DNA of 64,000 nucleotides from the human T2T-CHM13v2.0 reference genome, Homo sapiens: assembly GCF_009914755.1 (NCBI RefSeq), contig NC_060936.1. One strand, written 5' to 3'. The notes under the pieces were generated by a model that made no database searches, was not told the DNA's origin, and worked only from the letters and a program-made list of their open reading frames with translations. This document shows, piece by piece, positions 20,280 to 38,677 of the stretch (the first letter of the stretch is position 1; every line of letters starts with the position of its first letter). Position numbers and translations under genes: made by a program.

Positions 20280-23111
20280 CTCTTGGTTCATTTTAGGCTT
20301 AAGAAATACCAAATAAAATTAAATTCCTTGGGTTTAAGAATTCTGATAATGTTTTAAACAACACCTGACTATAAGCTTCTTTAGGACTCAGTCCACACTT
20401 AGTGCATAGTCTCATCTGTAGATGCCCAAATATTTGTCCACCTACTGATAACTGGTCAACACACTCATATCCATACTCTAGATCAACTATGGATGCCATA
20501 TGTAGACTTAAGCACCACACATTTATTAAGAGCTGACATATTTCGGATGTGAAAAGTCCAAGATTTTTGTTTCTGAATCTTGTTAGATACGTAATGATAA
20601 CCAATATGTAATTCCTATGGCATGCAAATGAATGAAGTGGGACAAAGCTTCCCCTACAAGAAATAAAACAATTCAAAATATGACATTTCTAAGAATCTAA
20701 TCTAGGCAGCTGCAGCCTGTTTACTGCATAGAAGTAGGCGTGCTTAACGCATACCTCTTCAGTCTCTATTATGACTACTGGTATCAAGTCACATAAATAA
20801 ACACACTTCATTAACACACTAGGTAAGCTACAGCTATTAACTCTACTGGAAGTATTCTTCATTAATAGGGCTTTATAGCAAAAGAAAAAGATGATCCTCC
20901 AAAACTGCTACCTAATACAGATGATGGCTATTTTTAATACCTTCAATAATGAATGAGTTTCCTTCATATAAATTACTGACTTTAGGATATTTTTAAATGA
21001 TAAAGAAATACAACCCTCAAAATCATCTTAAAATTGTACTGCTCAAAGCCCCTTCCCCCAATTACTGGCCTATATTAGATTAAAATGTACTTTAAAGTCT
21101 TCATTTCTAAGTACCTATCATCTCTGTAGAATAGGTGTTCTCAAACTTACTAAAGAATCAGAGATCTCTTGGTAATGTATCACAAGCTACTTTTATATTA
21201 AAATTAAAGTAACTACATAATCTTCTGCTAAACAGATATCTTGTGATATGCTGTAAGAGTGGCAGAAAGTGCCAAAGGCATAATAAAATTTCATGGAAGA
21301 AAAATTAATAGTCAGAAAATTCTATCCACCAACTCTCTTTGTTTCCCTGTGAATGTGCTATTATCTGACTTAAGCAAACAAAACTCCTTAAGTCACTATT
21401 CAGAAGACCACGACTCTGTTGGAGCAAAGTCCAGGCCTTAGTTATAAAAGACCACTTCAATGCAGAATAGCTTACTGTGGTGCACACAAAGTATGTTATG
21501 CTCAAGTTTATTTCTTGGACAATTTTAATCACATCAGTTAGTGCATATATTTTAGGACACATGTTCAAAATAAATACTTTTGCATATAAGGAATCTAATG
21601 AAACATTATTCATTTTCCCCCTTGGACAATGAATTTAATACACCAAATTTAAAAATCCCTTTTCTTTTTTCCCCCTAATTTGTGATCTCATGCTTTTCCT
21701 CTCAACTTTTCCAATTACAGCTTGTGTTTGATAATCAATATACAGTTTACTTAAGCTTAACTGTCCATGTAACCTAAGGCTCAATAAATCTTTCCAAATT
21801 TGACAATTCTCTCATTAAAAAGTACTCCCAGAAATATTAAGAATCCATCTCATCTACCCCAGAAAGAGAACACTGAGATTAGGCTGAACTGCCTTCAAAT
21901 AATTTTAAACAAATTGGCACACAAATTAGTATTTTGAAGAAGAGGCCATTGCCATCGCAGTGCAAGCACGTGGACTGAGATCCAACAAGGCAATATTCTT
22001 CTTAGTTAATTAGAGTGCAAGTCTCCACATGGGAAGCCCACCAGATCAAGATGCACATTTAAATATGTAAACATATAGAATTCTCAAATTCTAACTGACA
22101 CCCAGGTATTGCTAACCTTTCCATCTTCATTTAAGCATCAAGTGCCCTGTGTATCACAGAATCCAAGTTCAATGTCCATTTTGTCTGACACTGTGGGCAC
22201 TTAGTTCCAGCAATGGGAAGAGTTCATGCTTGTCTGTTTTAGGACTCTGATAGATTTACCATTTGCTTATATGCAAAATCAAGTGCACCTGATTCTTACA
22301 GTCTCCAACAATCAGCATTATTCTGAAACCACAATTTTATCTTCAAAAACTTTACTTAGGTATTTTTAACTTGCATGAACAGTTACTTCACCCTTGCCCA
22401 AATTCTGAATCCTTTCTTCCACTGTTTTCTCTTGGGCCCTGAAACCCAGAGAGGCCTTGGCAAGACAGAATTAAAAAAGAAAAAAAAAAAATTCAATAAT
22501 TAACTGACCAACACCTCTTAAGCTAAAAATACATTAGTTTAAAACCATTCAATTTTAGCAGAGAAGTGCTACACATGTGTAAAAAGCAGGAAACGAACTT
22601 CTGGCAAGGTGGCAGAGCAAGTGCTAGAATCATTCCACAGGTCAGCCCTGATAGCTCAAGATGTAGCAGCCCCAGTACCATACATGACAGCAGGTCAGGC
22701 AGATCACAAAAGAGGCTTCCATTATTCCCTTCCACCCAAATTCTGACAGCTGAGAAGTTAACAGTTTGCCTTCTCATTTAATCCTCATTGTTAAATTTGT
22801 TAAACTATCTTAATCCATAATGGGTAAGAGAGGACCCACATAAAAATATTGGGTGATTACAAGAATAATTTGTGGATAATTTGAAAACAGCCTAACATTC
22901 ACAGTGGGTAACAGAAAGATATTAAATTCATGTCACACATTAGAAGAGGTATGTATGTAGACATTATTCTGAGAAAAACCGGTCTAAAGAACATGAAAAC
23001 ATCACAAACTGTTAATATAGGGAAAATCCTAATAAGAAAAAAATCTTTTTAAATAGATTGTCTCTAACCAGAACATATTTAAATGTTTTACTCAGAAAAC
23101 AAACAAACAAA

Positions 23112-23115
<4 letters not shown>

Positions 23116-23160
<45 letters not shown>
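23116..23160. repeat. (TA)n microsatellite in the LRP6 3'UTR
   Basis: About 22 perfect TA units. Confidence 0.95.
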
Positions 23161-23163
<3 letters not shown>

Positions 23164-24242
23164 GATTTCGTACTGTGATATATGCTGAAAGTAGTGCAAG
23201 GATATGAGATTTACAACAAAAACATAATGGTTAAATTTTTAATTCTTAAACATTGTCTATATGTGTTGTAAAAAGACATTTTAATGAGCATTAAAACAAT
23301 CTTGGAAGAAGAGAAATAATATGTCTAACTTTTGATCATTATGCAAAAACAGCAGTCAAATTGAAGAGCTAAGCCTACTGGGGAATGGAGCTAGAAGAAA
23401 TATTAAAATCAAGTTTAATTTAGAAAATTCCATTTAGTCAATGCTTCAGCTTAAAAAAATCATGGTATCTTAGCAAAATGACTTACCAAGTTGCTGGAGG
23501 AGGCAGCAAGGTAAACATACCTAGAGAAAAAAATTCATTTTGACAGAGGTATGGATTCTAAAGGTAGGGACAGAGACTTGCACACACACACAGCTTCATG
23601 GCATCTTACCAGAGGGCTGATCTCTCCTACAACAGCAACACCCAGAATGGGTTTTTAGAAATATCTACTTTCCTCACTAGCACTGTTGGATTCCTAGAGA
23701 AAACAAAGCCCTTCGTCCAAGGTTAGTATTAATTGCATTTTTTTCCTTTCATCATTTCTTACTTGTTGGCCCTCAAATGTTAGTTAACTGAAGGCTATCT
23801 GGCTACATCCATGTATCTATGGTTTGCTGCTCTGAGATGGACTTAATTTTTCTTCTTCCTCTTTTTTATTTTTGGTATCAATAAAGCCCAGATATTCCTG
23901 GTCAGTGATGCCTTTATTATTCCTGTTTCCTTTGTACTCAGTTGCTTCACTGGGTTTAAGGCATGCTTTGTGTATTTAGTTTGCAAAAATAAAACTTTTA
24001 GTACAAATTTTTTTTATACAAACTTTTATGGCACAAGCAGCAAATCTGCTGTTTTAAGAAAATATATAAATATCCTTTTCTTCTGTACAAATATCTCCAG
24101 TATTCCCTACCCCATTTTATAATTTTAACTGTACATGGTCTGCCTCATCCTTCTCTAATAGCTCCCTCCCCCCCTCCAGATCTCAACCAAATTTATATTT
24201 ACATTTTTACGTTGGAGGCAGTCAGAGGAGGAGGGCCCCTCC

Positions 24243-24623
<381 letters not shown>

Positions 24624-25650
24624 CTACCCTATGAAAACAATAAGCTACTGCAATTTAAATTTACACAGACCAAGAGGCAATTTTCAATGGCAGATTCGCT
24701 GAGGAAAATAGCAGGTACTTTCTTATTTGCAAATAAGAAAGTGGCAAGTGAAAATGAACAGGATGGGAATGCAGAGGTGAATTCAATCTAGCCTCTGGTT
24801 GTGCTCTTACATCTTCAAGTTAAACTGTATCACAGAATAAAAAATGACTATTCAAATTTGTTCTGCAGTTTCATAGCCCATGGGAAGAATGGGTTTTTAC
24901 ATATTTTACACTACTCAAACATGTCAGCATTCCCTCAACATTCTTTACTCCAAAATTAACCTGATGAATAATTAATTTAATGACATCTGAAGTCTTCATT
25001 TCTTTCTTCTGTACAATTCTGTACAATTTCTGTACAGTCCAGGCTGGATTTTGGTAGACAGCCTCAGGGGCATAACTATTCCATTGTTGTTATCTTAGCA
25101 AAGGGAAATTGCTGTGACTGGGGGAAACGGTTTTCATTCCCTGTGTATAGGTAAGTACCTCTCATAAGAGCAGCTTTAAACATCAAAATGATAAAATTTA
25201 AATGCCCATAAAGGGTCAGTGAATTTTCTAATGTATATTTCAGAGGCCTAGTTTATTTCTTACACTTGTTTATCTTTACAAGTGACATACAGTTGTTAGG
25301 TTTGTAGCACTGCTAACTAAAGAAAAAGGCATTGGAAAGAGAGAAACATACTAGTGAAAATAAGATCTGACCTAAGTTCTGGCTTTTCTGTCATTCCTAC
25401 TTCTATTTTTAACTTCTTATACCTGTTTATTCTAAATATGGTAAAGCTGATCTTAAATTTATCCCAAAGATTTTTTCATAAGCTTTCTCATCAAAGTGAC
25501 TACAAGAGAAGGGGAAAACCAAGTTAAAAACTGATACAACGATTCATAAAACACCTAGTGATACAGAGCACCACCAGGTAATATATCCCAGGAACCCAGG
25601 ATACAAACCATTTGATATCACTTGGCTTGCTTCAAAAGAAATGGCTGCCA

Positions 25651-26035
<385 letters not shown>

Positions 26036-27126
26036 TTACTATCAATACTGACATGATGTCACAGTTTGTTTTGTTTAACTCTTTGTCCAATCAGGTGTCA
26101 ATCCTTGGTGAAATTTCTAAGGTCAACATTTAAAAGTCCAAATACTTCTATTTTCATGAAAAAAAAAAAAGAAAACAAACTGAATTAATAAAATTTTTTC
26201 ATGTCCCAGTTTAAACCAAAATCTCAACAAATGATGTAAGTTTTGACTCAGAGGAAACAGAAATTGGGCTTATACGGAAAATAGTTAAGCAAGAATAGTT
26301 TTTTATGCAATCGTGTTTATTCTGATGAGTGCCTTAGTCAATTTGAATTAAGGACATTACTTTTAAAAAATAAAATTTTGTATCTTTCTCCTTTCTCAAT
26401 TTTCAGGCTTCTGCTTTTTCTGTTTTGGCTTCCTAGAAGAAGAAACTTGTGGCAGGGAAAGCAACATTACAACATATCATTAAAACAATCAGTTCACAGC
26501 CAAGGCTATTTCAGTCTTATCTAAGCTGAAATGAGAATTCTGAGTGAGATACTTTAAGTGGTTTCCACTTCATTTCTACACATGGGTGAGGTCGTATCAG
26601 GCCAATTTGACTGAAATGCTAGGAAAGATAATAGAAGATTATCTAGAGAGGATAGAAGATAGAAAAGATTATCTAGAAGATAACAGGCACTTGAGGGATG
26701 CCCATGAACCCTGGGCACTTCAGTGTGTAGATAGAAACTCTCAAGCTACTGATGGTCTGTTGGCCTTTCAAGGAACATAGAAGTGGAAGCTGACACAACA
26801 GTACTTGACCTGCTCAACACACTTTATAGACTCATAAATTAGCAAAAAGGAATAATTTTCTCTTTTTTGGCTTACAAATACACTTTATTTATTTCAATCT
26901 TTCTTTATTCCATGCAACTACATGAGAAATCTTTCACTCCAAATTGTAATAGCATATGCAAGCAATGGCTGAACTTACATTTCTCTCAACTTTTCTAAAA
27001 TTCTGTGCTCTGAGTATGTTGCTGTTTTAAACTCTCAATTCTATGAACCAATCTTATCCCAATATTTCATTCTTAGAATATCAAACTATTTTGAAACCAG
27101 TCACTTTGGTGGGTAATTCCTCCTTA

Positions 27127-27548
<422 letters not shown>

Positions 27549-27680
27549 TCAGTACTATCAAGATAAGATGACTAGTCTCTCTCTGGTGACCATCGTCTAC
27601 TCATTTGGGGCTATATCAGGTCCACAACTGAAACACTTTCAATAAATACTGCACCTTATTTTAGAGAAGGATGTGTATTA

Positions 27681-27779
<99 letters not shown>

Positions 27780-28334
27780 CTAAAAGAAAAAAATAATTAA
27801 AATATTAAAATAACAACATAGAAACTATCAGACTTTCTTTCAACTTTTCTTCCTTCATCTCTATTAGTGTTTCTTTACAATACACTATTAGCACAATTCT
27901 TCTTTTCCAAAGAATTGACCTCAAACAGTACTTTGGGACTATGGCTTCCTCATTCCCTAAGACCTCATCATGGCTAAAAAGTGCAAAGTGACAAAAACGA
28001 AAATCTGTAACCTAAAAATCATTGGTCAGTACATTTAGGTCCTGGTTATTTAAAATAGTAAGTATTTAGAGAAAAATTATTGATTTAGGAGAAATTCCAG
28101 GTGTGCTTCCTCTTTTGGGAAGTCATAAAATGAAGGCCCTAATCCCTCAATAGGTACCATTCAGTAGTTCTACTTTTACTTGAAATGTGAAATTAATGCC
28201 CAGTGCTTTCAAGTATTCTGGTTACTACACAGTAACTTAAAAGATTTATAAGCATGGATGGTGGTGTGTGGTAAGTCCTTTGAGCCTTTTATGCCTAAAT
28301 TTTACATTCAAAAACTACTTTTACATTACTATCA

Positions 28335-28565
<231 letters not shown>

Positions 28566-29787
28566 TTAAAAACTGAAGATGAGTATGATATATAAAAATG
28601 TATCAAGCAATTTCATTCAACAGTAGGATTACAAATATCAACAGTGAAGTTGTCTGATTTTAAAATAACTTACACTCTTTTCCTATAATTGAAAACATTT
28701 AATGGAGAAAGGAAATGAACGTTTTCTAGAAGTCAATGCTTCCATTGAAAGAGCTGGCCTAGAACAAGGCCAAGAATAGCTCCCACCTTCTCCCTCCCCT
28801 GGTAGAAGCAGAGCTATTTAAAATAAGGGCTTTTCAACCTCTTGGAGGATTTGAAAGGATTGTAAAGGGTAGAGGTTGTGAGGCAGGGCATATTAAATAC
28901 CAGACTTGCTCAAAAGAAAACAAAAAAACATTTTTAGGGCACAAACAACATATGAAAGAATATTTTTTCATCTAATGAATATAAATGTTGCTAGAATCAA
29001 AACTACCAGTGCTAAAGAAAAAATTCTATTTTTTCCAAGAAGCTTCCCAAATTCCACTAACTGAAAATAGGTATGGCAACAAAGCAACACTACCATTAAC
29101 AGTTTAAAAACCATGTTTGTCTACTTAAGAGTTACACCCATAGTAAGTTCCTATTTTCAGAGGGTTTTTGCAAGGCACCGCCTTCTCCATATTCATTAAA
29201 AGGAAGGCGTCTTTTAACTAAGGGCACCAGAAAACATTAAAAAGAAGGCCAGTTCCCTAGAGCAACACGGCCTACCCAAGCTTAAAACTTCTGGCTACTC
29301 AGCTATGCCTAAACTAGCCCTTTGTCCCTTATTAGCACATGAAGTCAGGAGAAAACTTAAGACATATTCTCCCTTCTATCATCCAGCTATTTACAAATCT
29401 TTGTTGGCTGAAGGGAATCTTATATAATTTTTGGCCTCCTTTTATTCATGGGCTCCATAGTACTAGAGTTCCCTGGTGGTGAACTTAACCTGTGGTTTAC
29501 AACTCTTTCACTAAATGACTGGCTGATTCACCTTCCGTAGCATACATCCAGAATTGCAGTCAGAGAGGCTTAGAGCTTGCATATGTATTTGCTTTATATG
29601 CTTTGACAATTTCTACCAAACCATATCTAAGGCCTTCTGTGTAAAGAGAAGGTGCTAATAGTAAAAAAGAACGTTTGTCCTTATAATTGTTTAAACTCAG
29701 AGTAATATGGTTTCAGACAGACTCTAGGTAGTATTCTTTTCCACAATGGAAACTGGCAGTCTTGCAGGACCAAAGACTTGATTCTCA

Positions 29788-30153
<366 letters not shown>

Positions 30154-32642
30154 TCATAAACACTTTTCTTTTTTATGAGTACATACATACCACGCCCTGA
30201 AGACATATGAAATAAATGTCATCATTAGGAATCAAAATGAACTACCCTTAAATGAAGACAGAAATAAAACAATAGGTTGGAAAGTGTAATTGTAAACAGA
30301 TAGAAACAAAGATGGTAAATGAAGTACAGATTTAAACACCATTAAGAAGCTTTAAATAAATAAACAGATAAAATCCATTCTACTTCATTCTATATACCAT
30401 ACAAATGAACAACGGTATTCCAAGATTTCGGGAAAAAATTTATGACCAGAAGGGATAAACCTAGAAAAGTCATCAAATGTTTTACCTGGAATGGTGAAGA
30501 AGCCAAAATCAGCTCTGAGCACATGTTAGATTTTAGATTTGAATAGTGACATTTAGGCCTGATGAATGAAAACTGGAAGCTAAAGATAAGCCTCAGCTCT
30601 CAAATCCCCTATGCTGCTGGCCTTCAGGCTGTCTAGTTGCCTGAGACCAAGGAACATAAGGTCTTTAATACCTGATTACTGGAGGACTCACAAAGAAAGG
30701 CCACATTGCCAGAAGAGGACACCACCCCAGGGATTCACCTTCCCTGGATCCCTGAGCTACCCGTTTAAGAAGCAGAGGGCATCAATATCAGAGGTAGAGG
30801 GAAAGTGAGCTTATTGAAATTAGAGCATTACTGTCTCTATTCAGAGGGAAAATTCTTCCATTCTGAACAGTTAAATTTTATCTCACAGTTGCAGATCCTT
30901 TAAAAAACTTCCTCCTGCTTCATCTTACCTCAAATCTCCCATCCATATAGCTAAACTCATCCTCTGACAGATTATATGAAAGAAATGCGTGAAAATGACA
31001 TCTCTAAGTTACATAATATGTAGGGATTATCATTTACAAATTTAGTCTGTGGAATCTGAAGCATAGACTCTTCTTAGTCCTTGAGAACAACCGTCTCATC
31101 TTTTCATTCCTTTTTAGTCCCCTAACATTCCTTTGCAATGCCAAGCTTCAGGAAAGAAAAGTTTACATTCACTACCCTCAATCCCTAGCCTCTGGGTCAC
31201 ACCATAAACTCCCTGAAATCAGACTTCCACCCTCACCACTGCACTGAAACTTTTCTGTCAACAGTCAAAGTTCTACTATTTGCCATATTCAATATATTCA
31301 TTTCACTAACCTCTTTACACAATACTGCTGGCTCCTGTCTTCTCTTTAAAAAAAAGTCTGATCAATATTCTTCCAAGATACCACTCTCTTAATTTTACTA
31401 TTTCTGATTATTCTTTCTCTGCTTCCTTTGTTGGCTTCATTCTCTTCTGCCTGCATCTTAAGTGCAGGTGCTTCCCAGAGAGATTTCTATCTATCACCTA
31501 CTATTTTCCTCCTCTTCTTACTGTCCTGGGAGATTCTATCTACTGTCACAGCTTTCATTATTATCAATAAACTAATGAGCACCAAATCTCTCTTCTGAGC
31601 CACAGTTCCTTATAATCAACTTCCTGAAGAGCTTCAGTGGGATATTCCATGAGTACCTCTCAGGCAACATATCACAAACTGAACTCACTGTCACCATGAT
31701 CAGTCATTTCTCCTAGATTCCAGGGGTAAAGACACCATAAATAAAGTCATCTAGTATAAGATAATAAAAAGTGATGGGGCTTGTGGCAAAGTACACGCCT
31801 GCCTAAAGGCATTTAATGTAAATTAAACATCACATCAATCAAACATTACATCTGCAGCCAAGATGTGGTATGGTACTTTGGTTTTCAGTTCCTGCTATAT
31901 ATCCCATTTAATGACTCCAGTCACTCAGTGAGGTACCTGTGGGTCAACTTAAACTTATCAACTATAGCTAAGTGGTTACCAATTCCTCTTTATTCTACTT
32001 CTGAAACAACTCCGAAATCTGTTCTCTCCCTGCCACCCCCACTCCTCCTCCTCATGATTTAGATCTTTATCATCTTCTGCCTAAACTCTAATCGCTTCCT
32101 TTTTAAATTACAGGCTGCAAGTCATTCGTAAATGGTGAGAATGATTTAGTGGGTTACAACCAGCTTTGAAAAAATAAAACAGAAAATGTCAGAAAGTGTT
32201 CTATATAACATGGGTAAATATTTAAGTGTTGTGTGACACCTTTTTAAATGCATGAGCTCACATCTCTGTATTCCTCTTGATGCGATCAGAAGTTTGAAAG
32301 CAATCAATCTAACAGATTTCCCTGCCTATAAGCTTATCACCTCCAACCCACTGGCTTTACAACTTCTGTATTGCTTGACCATGCTAGTCTTTTTCTTGAA
32401 ATTTTCAGTGACTCTCCACTCCCCATTGTTAATATTGTCTAGGCTCTTTAGAAGAAAAGCATAGTCCTCCATGATTGTACCTTTACCTATGTTATCTCTT
32501 GCTGACACCCCTCAACAGAGCCTGTATTTTGGCAGTCCCATTACATGGAGTTTCCCAGAGGTGCCTGTTTCACTCTTTTCTGCTTTTGAACAGTATATTC
32601 CCTCTGCCCAAAATGAAATTTCTCCAATTATCTACATGATGA

Positions 32643-32903
<261 letters not shown>

Positions 32904-33408
32904 TGATCTGCCCACATTGGCCTCCCAAAGTGCTGGGATTACAGGTGTGAGCCAGCGCACTGGCACAACACCCAATCTTAAATACCATTTTTCTAAGATG
33001 CCTTCCTTGATCAAGTCCATCTTTGTCCCTAATAAGCTGACTACTCTCTCATTTCTACTGCCACCTGTGTAGATTTCTATTACAGCACTTATACTCCATA
33101 ATCAATGTATCTACTATGAACCAGGCTATGTGTTTTTTAGGCTAAATGATATATATGTTAAATCATTTAATTTTCTTATAGGCATCAGGTTAAGCATCAT
33201 TCTCTTCATTTTGAAGATGAAGACCTGTAATTCCAGCACTTTGTGAGGCCAAAGTGGGTGGATTGCTTAAGTTCTGAATTGAATTCAGACCAATTGAATT
33301 CTTTTCTTTTTTTTTTTTTTTGAGACGGAGTCTTGCTCTGTCGCCTAGGCTAGAGTGCAATGGTGTGATCTCGGCTCAATGCAACCTCCGCCTCCTGGGT
33401 TCAAATGA

Positions 33409-33636
<228 letters not shown>

Positions 33637-33894
33637 TAACTTTGGTTATAGTAAAATAATATTTACTCTTTTCTAGTGCTTTACTAAATGTTTCTGTGAA
33701 GATTTCTGTGCATAAGAAAACTGCTATGTTTAAAGAATTACTGAAAGCAAAACATAAAAAAACCTTCACACAAATAATTAGCTTAATATTAATACTTATT
33801 ACTTAGAAAGGAAATCTCGATAAGTAAACCTCACACATAAGAAAAAAAATTGTTTAAATTCTCTGTTAAGAGTAATTTATAGATCTCAGTCCTA

Positions 33895-34119
<225 letters not shown>

Positions 34120-34163
34120 TTAGCTATAACTTAAATATTATTCTCTGGAGTTCCATTGGTTGA

Positions 34164-34460
<297 letters not shown>

Positions 34461-34880
34461 TGATCCGCCCGCCTCGGCCTCCCAAAGTGCTGGGATTACA
34501 GGCGTGAGCCACCACGCCCGGCTTATTCTTTACATTAAATTCCCTCTTTCACTAAAGAATTCTAGAGAACTTGGCTGGGTTGTTTTTACCATGGGAAAAG
34601 TTAGTAAGGGAAAGTGAAGAATATAAAATATGTTAGAGCGTAATTAATAAATCCACTAATTCAGAGCTCATTGGAAACAGGGACTATTTTTATATACTGA
34701 AGGCCTAATATATTTTAGTTTCATTTCTCAATTTTCAAAGCTTATTAATTTGTATAAATCTTATGCATATGGAGTGAATTAAAACAATAATATGGAACAT
34801 GGCACTATGATCAGAAGTGATACAGTCATATGTACTTGAAAAACCCCAACTGACACTAAGCCAAGTAATACTGAAGTTTA

Positions 34881-35213
<333 letters not shown>

Positions 35214-35534
35214 TCATGGTCACACAGAAGTACAAACACATACCTGAGTGAAGCTCATTTAATAATTAACATACACAAAATACTTTATAATAAATATGAT
35301 TTATAACTATCTCATCTATTCAAAGAAGAAATAAAGGTTTTCACATTACTTCCTTTACATTCACTATAAACTTTTGCCCGCAAAACTATAAGGCAAAAGT
35401 TTTTTCATATCTTGTAATCCAAAACAGGATTGTAATATTTGCAATCCGTTACAGTCTCACACAAAACCTAGGAATAATCAGTATAATTACCAAAGACTTT
35501 AAAGTTAGCCTAGCACTCAAAAGTTTTCTAGCTC

Positions 35535-36050
35535 TAAGCTTCTCAAAGGATAGTCCATGAACCCTTAGGCGTTCCTGAGACCTCTTTCAGGGGACCCACT
35601 AGGTAAAAACTATTTTTATAATAACATTAAGATGTCATTGCTTTTTTTTGGCTATCTTTGCACTGATGCTGCAAAAGAAATAGTGAATAAAACTTGGTAC
35701 CTTAGCAGACTCAGGCAAATGACAACAAACTTTATTAGTAATCACTGTACTATACACAGCCACATGTGCACAGTTTAAACAAACACACAAAAAGACCAAT
35801 TTCACTTAAGAATGTTATTGATGAATCAATAAAAAATTATATTAAAATCAACCCAAGTGTATGCCTCTTTAATAGTCTGATCAATCAAATGGCAATTATG
35901 CATAAAGCTCATGTTGCAAACCTAAGTGTGGTAGTTTCTAATGGGAAAGCATTTGTTTTGAGTTGTAAATCCAACTCAAAATGGAATGTCATTTTTACTT
36001 GAAAGAATGACTGACAGGTAAATTATACAGTAGTTATTTACACTTGTCTG
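35535..36050 (+). mobile_element. Charlie1-like hAT DNA transposon fragment
   Basis: cctgagacctctttcaggggacccactaggtaaaaactatttttataataac resembles the Charlie1 5' region; boundaries approximate. Confidence 0.55.
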
Positions 36051-36351
36051 TTAGTGAATTATCTAGAGAACCCATAACCTTATGATGTGACCATAGGTCA
36101 GAAAACCCTGTAACTTTACAACAGAGAATATTGCAGATTACAGGTGAACATTTTACATGGGGAATTTTAGGGATTATTTAATAAGAGCCTATTATGTATT
36201 CAGCACTATACTATCTATATTGTATGGAGAATTAAAGTAGATAAAATATATCCACGTCCTTAAAGCAGTTTGAATTTGGTTGGGGATAGAAAGAAACTAA
36301 TAAACATAAAACAAAGGACACTACTTTGAACTGCATGTCATGCAAACCGTG

Positions 36352-36738
36352 TGATATAGTTTGGATATTTGTCCCTCCAAATCTCATGTTGAAATGTAAT
36401 CCCCAATGTTGGAAGTGAGGCCTGGTGGGAAGTGTTTGGATCATGGGGGGTAGATCCCTCATGCCTTGGTGCTATCCTCCTGATAGTAAATGAATTCTTG
36501 GGAGAGCTGGTTGTTTAAAAGTGTGTGGCACTCCCTCTAGCCTACTCTCTCTCTCTTGCTCCCTCTTTTGCCATGTGACCTGCCTGCTCACTCTTCACCC
36601 CCGCCATCAAAGTTTCCTGAGGCCTATCCAGAAGCTGAACAATACAGCCGGCAGAACCATGAGCCAATTAAACTTTTTCTTTATAAGTTACCCAGCCTCA
36701 GGTATTTCTTTATAGCAATGCAAGAATGGCCTAATACA
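36352..36738 (+). mobile_element. MSTB-type MaLR solo LTR
   Basis: tgatatagtttggata...gaatggcctaataca termini. Confidence 0.85.
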
Positions 36739-38218
36739 CAGTTGTATACATCTGTCAAAACTCGTTTTAATACATACATTAAAAATAATTGCTAAATGTG
36801 CAAGCAAGAAAAAAGGCCCTTTAAAAGATATTTTCAAACTGGAAGATGAGATCCTTGACTCAGTTTTATCCATGTTATCATTAACATAAAGAGAAATTTT
36901 TCTAGGATTTGCCTCAAAGTAACACTCCAGCACCCTGATAGGGAAACACATGCTATTTTTTTGGGGGGGGGGGGGGGAGGGTAAAGTAACCATAAAATTG
37001 ACCAATTTAACCACTTTAAAGTGCATAGCTCAATGACATTAAGTACATTCACATTATTGTGCAATCCCTATTTTTAAAAATTTCAAGTACCAGAGCTTAA
37101 CTCTTTGTACATATCTGATTTCCCTGACTACGCTGTATGCTATCTCAAAGATCTTCAAATCCCCTACGGTCCAAGCACAGTGCCCATAGCTGCTACTGAA
37201 TACATGCATTATTTATTTTTTAAAAAACTTATAGTTCGACGAATAAAATTTACTTGTAATCCCACCCACCCGATCAACAATTTTTATATGTTGAATACAT
37301 ATTCTCTTTCAATATTTGTTTACAGAAATATATATTTTATGTACTTGTCATTTTGGCAACATTTTTACATCAACTTCATGATTATAACATTTAATAGCTG
37401 TATAAACTCAGTTATTTTACTTAATAATTTTCACACCATTAGAAATTCATTTAAAAATTTCTGCCACTGTAGATAATAGTATGATGTAGTCTTTTTCCTT
37501 CAGTTGAATTAACTTAGAATTATCCCCAAAAGGAGGATATCTGAATTAAGGGTATGAATACTATTGTGGTGCCTGATACCATCATACTATAATTTAACAA
37601 TGGAATGTATCTATTTGTTAAACCTGCTAAGTGATTAAACCAATTTTACTACAACAGTATCACTATACTCAGTGATATCTTTTAAAAAATCATTTTTTAC
37701 TAGATAAAGAAGCAACAGGAATTTGCTGATGGATTTGAACAAAAGAATATTCTTTCCATCAGACACATTCCCAACAATGACACATAAACTTAGAGAATCT
37801 ACAATTTAGTGGAGAGAGATTACAGGAGGTAGAATTAATTCATTTTTTTACCTTTTGGGAGAGGGGGGAGGCTACTTTAATATTAGGAAGCATACTCATT
37901 CACAGGCTGAAAAGTGTGGTAATATATACGCAGTGAAATACTATTCAGTCAAAAAAAGTAGGAAATCCTGTCATTTGCAACAACACAGATGAACCTGGAA
38001 GACATCCTGTTAAGTGAAATAAGCTAGGCATAGAAACACAAATACTACATGATCTCACACGTGGAGTGTAAAAAAGTCAAAGAAACAGAGTAAAATGATG
38101 ATTATGAGGCTGGGCAGGGTGGCAGAGAAGAATAACAGAAAAGCCTAGTACAATACAAATGAATGGAACACACGCAACCAATTAAGTTAGTAGACAGAGC
38201 AACTTCAATGCCTAGTCA

Positions 38219-38677
<459 letters not shown>

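Larger units (their letters stand above)
19364..24203 (-). promoter_or_regulatory. Candidate post-transcriptional elements in the LRP6 3'UTR
   Basis: Pumilio element UGUAAAUA 24196-24203; miR-183 8mer 24027-24034; miR-15/16 7mer-m8 at 24036-24042 and 19460-19466; miR-130/301 sites at 23192-23199 (8mer), 22014-22020 and 21959-21965; miR-126-3p 7mer-A1 19364-19370. Seed matches only. Confidence 0.5.
19145..24242 (-). other. LRP6: LRP6 3'UTR (~5.1 kb; distal end approximate)
   Basis: Long, Alu-free AU-rich stretch after the stop; minus-strand AATAAA at 19167-19172 and 19209-19214; more proximal AATAAA at 23865-23870, 23913-23918, 21507-21512 and 20522-20527. Confidence 0.8.
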
